Shown here in pieces: positions 43,946-56,372 of a stretch of DNA of 64,000 nt. This DNA is from the human T2T-CHM13v2.0 reference genome, Homo sapiens. Location: the NCBI RefSeq assembly GCF_009914755.1, contig NC_060928.1. One strand, 5' to 3'. Numbering within the stretch: position 1 is the first letter of the stretch; the number at the start of each line of letters is the position of its first letter. Under the pieces are notes generated by a model. It was not told where the DNA came from. It saw only the letters and a program-made list of their open reading frames with translations, and made no database searches. The position numbers and the translations under genes are program-made.

Positions 43946-44144
43946 TCAAAGAGATATTGATCACAAACACTGAAATTGAACTTAGACTTTTTGTCACAGT
44001 CTGCCAAAATCTTTCAGTTTGGAGATTTAACCTGCTTACCGGCTATTTAGCAGGCCTGTTACAGTTCCATGGGTGTTGGTAGAAGTCTTGAGATTCCAGG
44101 GTCAGAGACAAAGGTCAGTTTATTACTCACAACAGTAGCAGTAG
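43946..44144 (+). repeat. Second copy of the 199-bp repeat, set in TA-rich sequence
   Basis: Offset 1069 bp from the donor. Carries 46 bp of flank plus the LTR40 end. Confidence 0.96.
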
Positions 44145-44156
44145 TATATATTCTAC

Positions 44157-44197
<41 letters not shown>
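44157..44197. repeat. (TA)n(GA)n microsatellite
   Basis: Seen directly. Confidence 0.96.
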
Positions 44198-44201
<4 letters not shown>

Positions 44202-45246
44202 ATAATACAACCCAGGCATCTTTTTAATGAAACAAATGGATACAATTCAAACTGAAGAGGCAGTCAAAGATAGCCAGACAGTTAAAATGACAATTGCTGC
44301 TGCAAACACAGTTGCTTTTGATCTGTGGACAATGTTGAAAACACTGAATAATAACTTTCATTTCACACACACACTCACACTTACAAGTACCCACCAATCA
44401 TTATTCCTAGTACCATCAGTACACTAGAAATAAAATAATAAATCTATTAAACATAACTTTAAGTCATGGAAAAAGTGAGTTTGGAATTAAAAAGTGAAAA
44501 TTTTGGCTGGTACGTTTTACACGGATGAGTTATTTGTATAACAGAACTTGAAAGTTTGCCCCTTTTTACTCTGGTCACATACACAGATAACGTACTTTTT
44601 GAAGGTCCATCAGTTCTGAGAAAAGCTGCAGTCTCCAGTTAAGGGAGATGATGAGAGTGTCCCAGTATAGTAGCAAATAGTGGGCTACTTTGTTTAATGC
44701 AGGAGGGAAGCAAGCTAGTAGATTTATTTGATCCAGACATAGAGGTGATTCTCAGAATGGGATGCTTTGGAAAAGCATATATTTGACTGTACTTTTAGGA
44801 AGAAATAGCAATTACTAATCTTACAACTCCATTGCTCGGGTGCATTCTTTCAGTAGTAAAAACAGGAACTGCATAATATTAAAATAATCTAGAGAATTTA
44901 GGTCAGTCAGAATAGTGCTGTACCAACACTTGTAAGAAAAGCAGCAGCAAATGGATTTTAAAAATTCAAAGATGTCTTTATACATCCACTAATAAAAGAC
45001 ACCAAAATGCTCTTAGTAGCAGATTTAAAGAGACTTATTGTTTGTGATGATTAAACCCAGCAGGCTTACTTGTTTTACAAACAGTATTCTGCCATCCTGT
45101 GTGTAATTTGCATATACAGCTAATGCACTAGCTCACAAACTATACATACACATATAATACCTATAAGTACATATAACATGTGTATACATATATGTACACG
45201 TACACATATAGGTTTACACACAAATATATATGGAAATCAATGTATT

Positions 45247-45898
45247 TATAGACCAAAATAAAATTCTAAGCCCCCAAACTGACCAAATGAATGCCTTCTT
45301 TCAGCCAAGAGGATTTCAAAGAAACCTAGATAGCAGGCCCTAAAAGAAATCCAACTATTTTACTCCAAAATATATTTTTTGATGTATTTTAAAATGGCCC
45401 TGCCAAACTGTCTCTTGCTGGGGACATTTACCTTCTGTAGAGAACCGCCTTTTCTTTCCAGGTCTTTCTCTGATCCTGAAGACATTAGCTGAGAGTCTAG
45501 CACGTTTTACATATCTGTATGAAAAAAAATTGCCATCTATTGCCTCTAAGGGTGGTCACCTATGATACCTCATCTGCAAAATAAGAATCTTGATCTCCCC
45601 AGACCCTTATCTTAAGCCAGAGACTCCTTTCTATTGATTCCAGGTCAGAATCTGGCAACCAATTGCCAGTCAGAAAGTCTTTTAATCCACCTGTGAAGTG
45701 TAAGTCACTGCTTTGAATTGTCCTGTTTTAATGTCTTATGTCTCCCCAAAATATATAAAAAAACAAGCTGTAACCTAACCACGTTGGGCACATGTTCTCA
45801 GGACGTCTCGAGAATATACCTTGGACCATGGTCACTTATATTTGGCTCAGAACAAACTTCTTTAAATATTTTATAGAGTTTGCTTTTTTTCATCAGCA
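45247..45898 (+). mobile_element. MER4-family ERV1 solo LTR
   Basis: accaaaataaaattctaagccccc...; ends tttggctcagaacaaacttctttaaatattttatagagtttgc...tcatcagca. Confidence 0.87.
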
Positions 45899-46079
45899 TG
45901 TTAAACGCAGCAAAACATTAGTTAATATTGAGATTGAATGGCTTTTATGTGACCAGTGCAATGTTTTGTTATTTCATTTTCTTCTTTTTTAGATAGATAA
46001 TATGGATGTTATCATTCTTGTTTTCTACAAATATGTGTTTTATTACTAAGGCAGACTTTGATATCTAAGTGTCTTCTGA

Positions 46080-46818
46080 TGTAATCACTTGACAGTTTCT
46101 TCTTGCCCACTGCATACACAAAACCAATTAACCGAGAGAGCAGTATTGCAGTAAAAAAGAATTGAGTTGATGTGAGGACAACCATGCAGAAGAACTGGAG
46201 TTATCACTTAAATCAGTCTTCCCAAAGGCTCAGAAGTTAGGGTTTTTCAAAGACAGTTTAGAGGGCAGGGGACCAGGGAATGGGTGCTGCTGATTGGTTG
46301 TGGATTGAATCATGAGTGAGGAAAATGGTCTTCTTGGGCTGAGTCTGTCTCTGGCTGTGGCTATATAGGACTGGTTGAGTCATAAATTATGCATTCAGGT
46401 GGGGTCAGCCACTTGACAGAATGCAAAAGTCTGAAAAGCATCCCAAAAGACTAATAATAGGTTATAAAATTGTGATGTTATCTACAGGAACAATTGGAGA
46501 AGTCACACATATTGTGGCCTCTGGCCACACGACTCCTGAGCAGTAAGGGATTATAGAAACTATGCCTACATCTTAGTAGAATGCAGGACCCTCTCATAAT
46601 CCTACCCTGTGGTCTTTCATTAGTTTTACAAAGGTGATTTAGTTTTAGAAAGGGCTATTATCCTTGCTTTAAAGATAAAGTATAGACTTAATCCCTCCAA
46701 TAGTTACCTTGTTTTATGCCCAGGAATGAATGAGGACAGCCAGTCTGTGAGGCTAGAAGAAAGATGGTCAGTCATCCTATATTTCTCTCACTGTCTTAAT
46801 TTTTCATAGGGAATTTCA
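46080..46818 (-). mobile_element. LTR8/MER50-group ERV1 solo LTR
   Basis: tgtaatcac...ttcttcttgcccactgc...aaatcagtcttcccaaaggctcag... to gggaatttca. Near-TSD CTGA/CTGG. Confidence 0.82.
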
Positions 46819-48179
46819 CTGGCTAAACCCTTTCAAAAAGAGTAGAAAAAAATAAGTGCCTCTGGAATGCTTTACTTAACATTTTGCACACTGCTATTAT
46901 TTTGTTTTATTTTTATTTTCTTTTATTTCTTGTTTTGTATGAATTCTAAATTCTAATTGGTATCTATCAGCAGGAGCTTGCATGCAGAATTTAAACTGGA
47001 ACATCACAACTAAGACGAAGTTTTGGCTAGGAAAGTCTCTGGTTGCTTAAGACTTTTGGAGAATATTTGTGAAATCTGGTTACTTGAATGAGGACGCAAA
47101 CCAAGCCAGTTTCTCTGTGGTTCATTCTGGTAACTTGCTCTCTGTAAATATACTAGAAGGCTCAGGCCTTATATTCATGCTTCTGAGCAGTACATGACAT
47201 CAACATAATTGAGAATGGAACACTTAACTTGCTGTTTTACTGGATGAGAAGCATTACCAAGAGCTCTACCATGTTGAAAAAGTATCACAGAGACTTCTAT
47301 TCAAAACATGAATCCTTTGAGTTATGCATTGTCTATTAGGTGAAGTATGTTTTACCTGCAAATATAATTATTAATCTGAAATATTTAAGTGAATTTTCTC
47401 AGATAGGGAAGTAAAAAATAAAATAATATCTCTTTCAGTAGTTTATTACCGGCCTATACTTCTCCTTTACTCGATACAAACAAGAAAACCACAGCATTGT
47501 TTTGCTCAAGAAACTTGTTCCCACAGTGTCCCACTTTCTTTTTGAGGAGAATATCAGACAGATTGCTGTAATTTTGGAGCACAGAATCTAAAATTGAACA
47601 GAAAGAGATAAGATCAGAAAAACTAAGAAGAAAGGAAAAGATTTAGTAAGGCAAGGTAGACTGTTCAGCATAACAAAAGTTGTGAGATACCTAAGGGAGA
47701 AGAAAAGAGCCCTTCTCTAAGGTTCAAAATATTGGGGTGGAATCTTGGCATTGGAGAATCAGAGATTTGGGTAGTATGGGCTGAGAGAGAACTGGGCAGC
47801 AGGAAAATGAACTGTGTTACAGGGAGGAGTGTGGATTACACCTTTTAAAATATTTGAGAAATAGAGAAGAGACTGAAATTTCCTACATCTCCTCCTCCCT
47901 CCCTCTCTTAATTGCTTTCATTTTAAAAACTTCTGCTGTATGAATTTAGATTATCTAAAGAGAAACCAGAAAAATATGGGTCTTGATTCATCACTGTAAC
48001 AAAAAACAGTCACAATAAAAGCAATGTAAACACTTGAATCAAGCATAAATAATGTCCCTGAGAGACTAATACTGAAGTAAGTAGCTCTCAAAATGTAAAA
48101 GATGAAACTAAATAGCGCGTTTAAGTAGGGCTGTACAATCACAAGCCATATGACAGAAGCACAACAAAAATGCAAAATT

Positions 48180-48206
48180 ACACACACACACACACACACA
48201 CACACA
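48180..48206. repeat. (CA)n microsatellite
   Basis: Seen directly. Confidence 0.97.
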
Positions 48207-48251
48207 TCTTCTGCCATGATGAACCCCTAGACCTCTAGCAGAGATAAGAGG

Positions 48252-48593
48252 TTTTATTTAAATTCCAATTGTTTTAGGGGTACAGGTGGTTTCTGGTTGC
48301 ATGGATTAATTGATGAATTATACAGTGGCAAAGTCTGGGATTTTAGTGTATATTGTACCTGATTGGTAATATTTCATCCCCCACTCCTCTCCCACCCTCC
48401 CCCATTCTGAGTCTCCAATGTTCATATATTATTATTTATGCCTCTGCATACCCATAGAATAGTTCCCACTTACAAGTGAGAATATATACTGCATTTGGTT
48501 TTCTGTTCCTGAGTCACGTCACTTAGAATAATGGCCTCCCGTTCCATTAAAGATGCTGTTTCTTCTTTTTTTATGGATGAGTAGTATTCCATG

Positions 48594-48629
<36 letters not shown>

Positions 48630-48966
48630 CACATTTTCTTTATCCACTCATTGATTGATGGGCACTTACATTCATTCCATAGCATTGCAATTGTTCATTG
48701 TGCTGCAATAAACATATGAATGTGAGTGTCTTTTTGATATAATGACTTATTTTCTTTTGGTAGACATCTAGTAATGGGATTGATGGGTCAAATAGTAGGT
48801 CTACTTATAGTTATTGGAGAAATTCCATTCTGTTTTTCATAGGGATTGTATTAATTTAATTCCCAACAACAGTGTATAAGAATTCCTCTTTCACTGTATC
48901 CATAACAGCATCTGTTATTAAAAATTGACTTTTTAATAATGGCCATTCTGAAAGGTATAAGATGGT
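48252..48966 (-). mobile_element. 5'-truncated L1PB (PB2/PB3-like) 3' end with internal (TG)n at ~48596-48627
   Basis: ggggtacaggtggtttctggttgcatgg...tacagtggcaaagtctgggattttagtg. Approximate TSD agagataagaggtt / agagataacagctt. Confidence 0.88.
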
Positions 48967-49221
48967 AAGAGATAACAGCTTGATTTATTCTTGAGGGGAG
49001 AGGTTCTGGAGGGTAATAAAAACATGAGACAATTTAGCCAAGTTGTAGCCCCTGAGGAGAATGGCTAACAGGCCACTGACTCAACTAAGAAGGGTTGATG
49101 TGCATAGAAAAATTAGCTTAGAGGTTGAATAGGTGAAAAATCAAGAAATAGGGATAAACTGAAAACAGCTAGCTACCAAATAGTCTGGAAGGTCTGCTGG
49201 TGGTTTAGTGATAGGAACAAG

Positions 49222-49866
49222 TGTTTTAGGAAAATTGTTGTTACATAACTAATTACCATAACATTAGCAACTAAAAGCAACAGAAGTTTATTATTTTACA
49301 GTTTGTGTTGGTCTGAAGCCTGGACATATTTGAACTAGATTCTATGTCTGGGTCTTACAAAGTTTCAATCAAGATTCCAGCTTGACTATGTTCTTTTCTA
49401 GAGCTCGGTGTTCTCATTTAAGCTCATTTGGTTGTTGACAGTTCTCTGGTCCTTATGGTTGTAGGACTGAGGGTCCTGTTGTTTTGCTAGCTGTTGGCCT
49501 GGAGCCACCCTCAGCATCTGGAGACTGCCTGCAGTTCTTTGTTGCATGAGTGCTCCCATTGCCTCTCTCATGCTTTGGATTTATCTGGCTTCAGAAAGGA
49601 TCCAATGTCTCTTTCAGACAAGATCAGGCATGCATTCAGGGTGGTATGGCCCTAGACACAGTGCCCCTTTCACAGACTCACCTGATTAGATCTGGTCCTT
49701 CCAGATGATCTCTCTTTTTATCAACTCAAAGTCAACTGATTAGTAAGTAACTTAATCACAATAGTGATATAGAATCATATTTACAGGTTCTACCTGCATT
49801 CAAGGGAAGGGCAATGTACAAGGGTGTGGAAATTCTGTGGGTTATCTTAAAAATCTGCTTACCACA
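49222..49866 (-). mobile_element. MLT1 (D/E-like) MaLR LTR
   Basis: ataactaattacca...tttattattttacagttt..., ggttgtaggactgaggg..., cacctgattagatctgg..., ends tctgcttaccaca. Confidence 0.82.
49614..49657 (-). pseudogene. Tailless 5S rRNA 5'-fragment retrocopy
   Basis: Reverse complement GTCTAGGGCCATACCACCCTGAATGCATGCCTGATCTTGTCTGA vs 5S rRNA 5' end GTCTACGGCCATACCACCCTGAACGCGCCCGATCTCGTCTGA. Differences cluster at CpGs. Flanked by degenerate direct repeats. Confidence 0.9.
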
Positions 49867-51769
49867 ACAGGCGTGATGATTGAAAGTGAAGTTTTGGAAG
49901 GGGTTGGAGACATTTGAGACAGATGCACTCTATCTAGATACAGGAGAGGGGCCACTACATGATATATTCAAACATCATTTGAAAGGGCTTAAATAGAACA
50001 AGAGAGTAATTAATATTTTTGTTGGCTATAAAGCTATAGCTTGATAAGTTTAATAAGACAGATATTAAAAGTATACCTTAATATTAATAATATGCTAATA
50101 GTAACAATTCTGATTTTTGCACGAATGAGGGACACGAGGCTAACACAACTAAATGAAATATCCTGAGGATGTATCACTTTTATCATTAGATTTCATAGTT
50201 ATTGGTGTATGCATGTTATGTTCCTATTAGTATCTTTCTTAAAGGTAAATATTGTGTCATTTATTTTTGTATACTTCCAGGAGCCAGCTTAATATTAGCA
50301 CCCTATACATATCTGATAAATTAACAATTATAATTGACACTCTTAATTAATACTTTACAGCCCTATTCTATTTATCTGGTTTATTGACATATCTATAATC
50401 AGATGACATGATTTTTAACATGTATTTTAAAAATAGTTAGTGACATACATATCAAAGGATATGACTTGAGAGTTCACCTAAGTGTTGTAAAGCTTGTTGT
50501 CATTCTACAAAGAATCCTTCCAAGAGCATCATGGGTAAAATTAATATAAATACTGTATCTCAAATATGGGTGAAGTCTAGAAAGCTTTTAAACACTATTA
50601 GCTTGGTTTTCTAATAATATGACTAGTCTTGTTCCTTTTTCCTGTGCTGACTTACTAACTTATATTAAACTAGTTCTCTTATTGCTGTGCATATTTATCT
50701 AGAACCAATAGCACCACTACATTTTTTTATTGCGAGTGGATGGTTAGCCCCCAGTGGTTCTTTTATGATTTCATGATGGATTTCTAGTTATCTCTTGTCC
50801 TTCTATAATCTTCATAGCAGTCTTGGTGGTCTTCTTAATGGTGGCAGAAGTTCAGAAAACTATTGGCTACTTGTCATGAAGTACTTGCAATAGCCAGGTG
50901 AAAAGTTTAAAGTATGAATAACAATAATTTATTTTAAGTATATTTCTGTACTCTTAGATTATAATATACTAGTAAAATGTCCTGTGCCCCTAAAATGTTA
51001 TATAGTATAGAAAAGTTCCCATATTTTCCCACAGAGGGATTATATGTGACCCTCATTCTCTACATTCAAATTATGTATGTCCATTTATTTAATAAAAGTA
51101 TAAATTCCTCTTCTATACTCTCTCCCCAATGTAGAGACTTAATTCTCTAGAGTTACTGAAATCAATATAATAAAACTTCCTTGGCCTCTAGAGACTTTAA
51201 AGTAAATTCAAAATTTAGCCCGCTCAGCAGTTAGTACAGTTAACAATAGTTTCAAAGCCCAAACTTTAATCCTGAATCTGTTCAGTCAGGCTGCTTGCAA
51301 TCCATATGGTTCTTTAACTGCTCAATTAAAGTTTAAAAAGTGGGAACTCAGTTGAAAAAGTCATTTTCCTCTTGTGTGTACTTCACCAAAATAGACCCTT
51401 CATTGTTTTCTTTTCTTTTGAAAATAATTCAATATTTTCAAGTAGAAAGTATTATAATTTCTATTAAAAAACAATATTCATGTGTAATTCTAAAAATCAA
51501 TCAGCACTTTGCTGTTCTTTTCCGTCCAGTATTCTTAGGCTTAAACTTGTCTGAAAATTGTGTTTACATTATTCATGGAGAACATATTTACTTCCACTTC
51601 ATTGAGTCTAAAGGGAAGAAAAGAAGCCACAATTTATTATGCACTCAGTTTTCTGTGAAGAATGAAGGTGAATAGTGATTAGATATATAAAAGTAGCTGA
51701 ATTGCAATCCTGGTTGATTTGGCATGGAAGCAGAAGTATGCTTTCTCTTGCTTATACTACTACTTTGTC

Positions 51770-52200
51770 CAAAGGATCAAGATCAAAATATTGACATGAC
51801 CATAAAGGTATGCCTAACCAAGGTTAATCCAGATCTCTAGCCTTTCACTTGACCTCTTTTAGTGGCTTCAACGTTCAAGCCACATCTGTTTGCTTTTATT
51901 CTGGATGCCACTATGCTCCTTCCAAACTTAGAAACGCTTGATCTTTGTGCTTGGAATGTTCACCATTCCCAAATCTGTTTGCCTTGTTCTGTTTATGTTT
52001 CTGATCTCAAATTAAAAATGACTTTCTCAGGGAAAGTCTTCCAGTTTACCAAAGACTAAGTCATTACCTTTAAAATATATACTCAAAACTGGTCATCCTA
52101 ATCAGTTCTAAGTTAATTTTTAGGTGGTTATTTGATTGAAAACAACATTTAAAATTCCTTTGAATGCACTTTTGAGAACATTTATTGGATGAATTGGATA
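51770..52200 (+). mobile_element. L2 3' fragment
   Basis: ctttgtgcttggaatgtt...ctcaaattaaaaatgactttctcagggaaagtcttcc motifs. Confidence 0.55.
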
Positions 52201-52329
52201 ATGATAACTATAATAATAATAACATTCATTTTATGCTTAACATGACAGGAATTATTCTAAAGTCATATATAAGTACTCACACAGACACATGTAAACTTAA
52301 ATCTCATAGGAAATCTATGAGAAAAACCC

Positions 52330-53240
52330 TAGGAGACAGCTCATTATGAGTCTGCCTATCCTATAAGTGAAGAACTGTCCTTTTTACTGAATTATCTTTC
52401 AAGGATATTTATGTAGAACACAGACTTGGAAGACAGAGATAGTGTCTTTCTACAGGGTAACGAATGCACATGTTTACAGTCCAGTTTAATATAGATAATG
52501 TCTCCTTCCAAAGCTAAAGATGTAGGCGTACTTATAGCCCATTCTAAAGATTCAGGTTACCTGAAATCAAGGTTTCTCTCCTGCAATATAATCCTTAGTG
52601 TATAAGGGTCATGTGGCTCTCTTTGCATAGCTTTGTGAAAACCAAGGTTCAGGGAACAAACACAAAAATGGTGATAATCTGGCTACTGTTATTTTTATGT
52701 ATAACAAATCATTCTTAGCCTCTGACCTGGAAATCTCTTGTCCCTTCCAAATCTCATGTTGAAATGTGATTGCCAGTGTTGAAGGTGGGAGGTGTTTGGG
52801 TCATGGGGGTGGACTTCTCATAAATTATTTGATGCCTCCTTTGTGGCAATGAGTTAGTGCAAAGCCTGATTGTAAAAAAAAAAAAAAGAAAAAGAAAGAA
52901 AAAGAAAAAAAAGAAAGAAAGAAAAAAAGAGTCTGGGACCTTCCCTCACTCTGTCTTGCCTCCTCTCTTGCCATGTGATATGTGGGCTTCCCTTTTGCAT
53001 TCCACCATGATTGTAAGTGTCCTGAGGCCTCACTAGTAGCTGAGCAAATGCTGGTGCCATGCTTGCATAGCCTGCAGAACCATGAGCCAAATAAACCTCT
53101 TTTCTTTTTATGAATTACCCAATCTCAGGTATTTTCTTTATAGGAACATAAATATATTAACACAAAGGATAAATGAAACTATGACAGGACAAACAGTTAG
53201 CTTGCAAGTAGTGTAAAATGTCAAAACTGCTATGGTTTTG
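52330..53240 (+). mobile_element. LTR40-like ERVL LTR interrupted by an MST LTR
   Basis: ttatctttcaaggatattt...cttggaagacagagatagtgtct. Resumes after 53164 with atgaaactatgacagg...gttagcttgcaagtag. Confidence 0.8.
52738..53164 (+). mobile_element. MSTB-like MaLR LTR with internal A-rich expansion (~52874-52930)
   Basis: ccaaatctcatgttgaaatgtgat..., gcaaatgctggtgccatgcttg..., agaaccatgagccaaataaacctcttttc. Confidence 0.88.
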
Positions 53241-54866
53241 AAAGTGAGAATTATTATCATTATTATTATACCCACTTGACAGAAAAGACAGCAGAAGTAC
53301 AGAGAGGTGAAGAGGCCATTTATCTTTTATTATTTCACCTTCTTTATGCACAACCAAAATGGCTAGAACTTTTGAATTTTTTTCATAGTTAATCCCAAGC
53401 TACAGATATGTTGAATATACTACACTAAGCTGACAACTTGTATTTATATCCACTTATATCAGCATTATAATGCTGAAAGTGTTAAAATTACCACACTAAA
53501 TTATTGTCTAATTTAATCAAAGATGTGTATGAAATACATTATCTACAAAAAGTGAATTATGTATTATTGGTTTTCATTGGGGATTTAGATTCAAAAGCTT
53601 AACTCGGAAATTCACATTTTTTAAATTTTTAATAAATGTCATAACAACATATTCCTAATTGAGCAATTAAATTAATTGTTAAATAATTTGTGCATATTCA
53701 GATAGTTTTCATCTAAAATCCCATTATGATGGGTACTAAGTAAATTATATTTCAACTATGTGATGGGGAGGTATAGTCTACCAAAATAATATTTATAACT
53801 GGTTTAGTGGCTTAAGTGATAATTTTAAGGAAAATTATCTGAATAAAAATTAGATGCATTTACCTGTGATCTCATACTACATACAAATAAACAGGTATAT
53901 GACTGAAATAAAATGACCATATGGATTTTACCAGTGCTTATATCTACTCAGGAGAGCCTTGGTATCAACAGTTTTTTTGTTAAAATAAAAAATAATAATA
54001 ATCATACAATACATTTATGTGGAGAAATAAAATAACAATATCTGATGTGGTACAGATATAACTGGCTAGTTAATTTTATTCTTGCAGATAAACAACTTGA
54101 ATAATGTTCCAATAGAGCAAAATGGTCAGGAATGTGTTTTCTACAGCGAGAATGTGTGGGCTTAAACTTTTGGTGTTGACAATGGGCACCATGAAAGTTA
54201 CATTTCAGATGGTCAGAATATAAAATTTTTGACAATCTTGGCAAAAGTGAGAGTAAGAGATTTAAAAAAGGCAGTTATCTGCTTATGTGCTGTAACTTAG
54301 ATTTCATGCTTGGATCCTTGAATTTTCCACCAAATAAAGTAGAAAAATTTGGCTTTGAGTTTCCTTAAATGCAATACAAACTCCAGAACATAATCAGCTC
54401 TACATTAGTGCTATTTGAAATAATGAATAAATAAAGGAATAGATGCTAAATGGGGTATGACTCCATTGTCCCTAAAAATATCCAGTTAAAATATAGAAGC
54501 TATATATAAATTTATTTTTTGATTATTTTATCAATCTAACATTAATAAAGTACTAAAGAATTAAGACATCAGAGCAAGCGAAATTTGATCAGTAAAAATA
54601 AATTTGGAGAATCCCAAGGACAGTTTATATTAACTGCATACCTGCGTAGGGAGGCATATTTAAGTGTAGAAGATTGAGCACACTTAAACAAAATGCTATA
54701 GGGCCGGTCATGACTTGAAGCCCAGTCATCAAAAACTTGAGCATTTCTGCAAATCAGTATTAGTATATTTCAATTACCTTTAATGTTTTGCTTAGTTGTC
54801 CCCCTTAGATAGTTATATTTGTACATTTTAGAATTTAGGTTAAAATAAAAAATAATACATTCATTT

Positions 54867-55340
54867 TATTAAAAAGGTAAACTAAAGTCAAATAACATTT
54901 TAAAGAGTTTATTTGAGTAAACAGCAATTTATGAGTTGGGCAACTCCAAAGCAGTAATGATTTAAAGTAAAGGCTCTAGTGAAAAGTCACAAGGGACCGG
55001 CTTTTACAGGGTGAATACAGAAGAAAATATTAGATTGTTTCCAATTATAAAGTTACCTTATTTGGTCTATCTTGCTGGAAAGTTGTGAGTTACATAAGTT
55101 TGCTGGCTGCTTCTGATTGATTGAGCTTAAGTTCTGTTAATATGATAGGATGCTATTCTAAAGTAATAAATAAGTTGTTTTCTGGTTGTTTTTTGATACA
55201 ACCATTTACAAAAAAAAGCTCAAGTTAAGTTTCACCTGTATTTGCAAACCAAGTAAGATTAAATTCACTTGTGCAGACTAACTAGCTTTGTCTGCTCAAG
55301 GATTCTTCATGTCTGGTCTCCATTGTAACTTATATTAGCA
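54867..55340 (-). mobile_element. MER4-group ERV1 LTR (MER57/LTR54-related)
   Basis: ttttaaagagtttatttgagtaaacagcaatttatgagttgggcaactcc reverse U5-like motif; ctgattgattg (CCAAT-like). Confidence 0.6.
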
Positions 55341-55399
55341 ACCTTTATATATCATGAAATATGCACTGAATTCTATTCTGAACATTTTAATTGAAATAC

Positions 55400-55560
55400 A
55401 TATTTTACTCTGATATTCACTCTATGATCTATTCTTTTTTTGTAGATTAGAATATTGAGGTACAGAAAGACTTAGTTACTTGTCCAAATCCCGGTGGAGC
55501 CAGCATTTGATCCCACAAATTCTAGCTGTAGAAAACACATTCCTGACCACTTTGCTCTAT
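55400..55560 (-). mobile_element. MIR core
   Basis: gtagattagaatattgaggtacagaaag...gttacttgtccaa...ggtggagccagcatttgatccca. Confidence 0.7.
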
Positions 55561-56052
55561 TCTTGCATTCTATTTTATTTTACTGTCTGATTAAAAACAT
55601 TGGCAAAATGAAGTTCTGTGTAACTCAGCATGTTTGAATAATGCATGCTCCTTCGTACAAATTTTTAGTTACATTTTAGGGAATTGTTTGTAATGTAGAA
55701 TAAATGGAATATTCAGATGATCTGGAATTAGATATATTCAATGGTTACAATCAAACAATCTTGTATTTTTGAATTTTAAAAACCTCCAAAATCTGTACAT
55801 TATAAAGCTTTTATTTTTTTTAAACTGACTATACCTTTTTAAAAGAAAATTAAGAGCTATTTTCTAGCTTGCATTTCAAACAACTTGTTGTTTTCTCTTT
55901 TCAAATTGTTAAATTTCAAAGACCTACTTGGAGAACAAAGCAGCTGTTGCTTTAGCTAAAAATCTTTCAGTTCAACTTCAACCTACAGAACATTACCCAT
56001 GAGATTAAGTAAAGTTCTCCCTAACATTCTAGTGTGTTGAATTAGAATGTAT

Positions 56053-56372
56053 CTAATAAAAGAACTTTTTCTTAGCATTTTAGCAACCTAAAAAGAAAAA
56101 GAGAGAACTAAATATTTTTAATATTCAGTGTGATAGTTAATACTGAGCGTCAATTTGATTGGATTGAAGGAAGCAAAGTATTGATCCTGGGTGTGTCTGT
56201 GGGGGTCTTGCTAATAAAAGAACTTTTTCTTAGCATTTTAGCAACCTAAAAAGAAAGAAAAAGAGAGAACTAAATATTTTTAATATTCAGTGTGATAGTT
56301 AATACTGAGGGTCAATTTGATTGGATTGAAGGAAGCAAAGTATTGATCCTGGGTGTGTCTGTGGGGGTCTTG
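56053..56372. repeat. Near-perfect tandem duplication (158 bp + 162 bp) spanning the MLT2A LTR start
   Basis: Copies 56053-56210 and 56211-56372 differ by one substitution (gagcgtc/gagggtc) and a 4-bp AAAG indel. Confidence 0.98.

Noticed and set aside
42923-53240. Two LTR40-like LTRs about 9 kb apart as a possible provirus
   Set aside because: Opposite orientations, divergent from each other, and no retroviral internal sequence seen between them.
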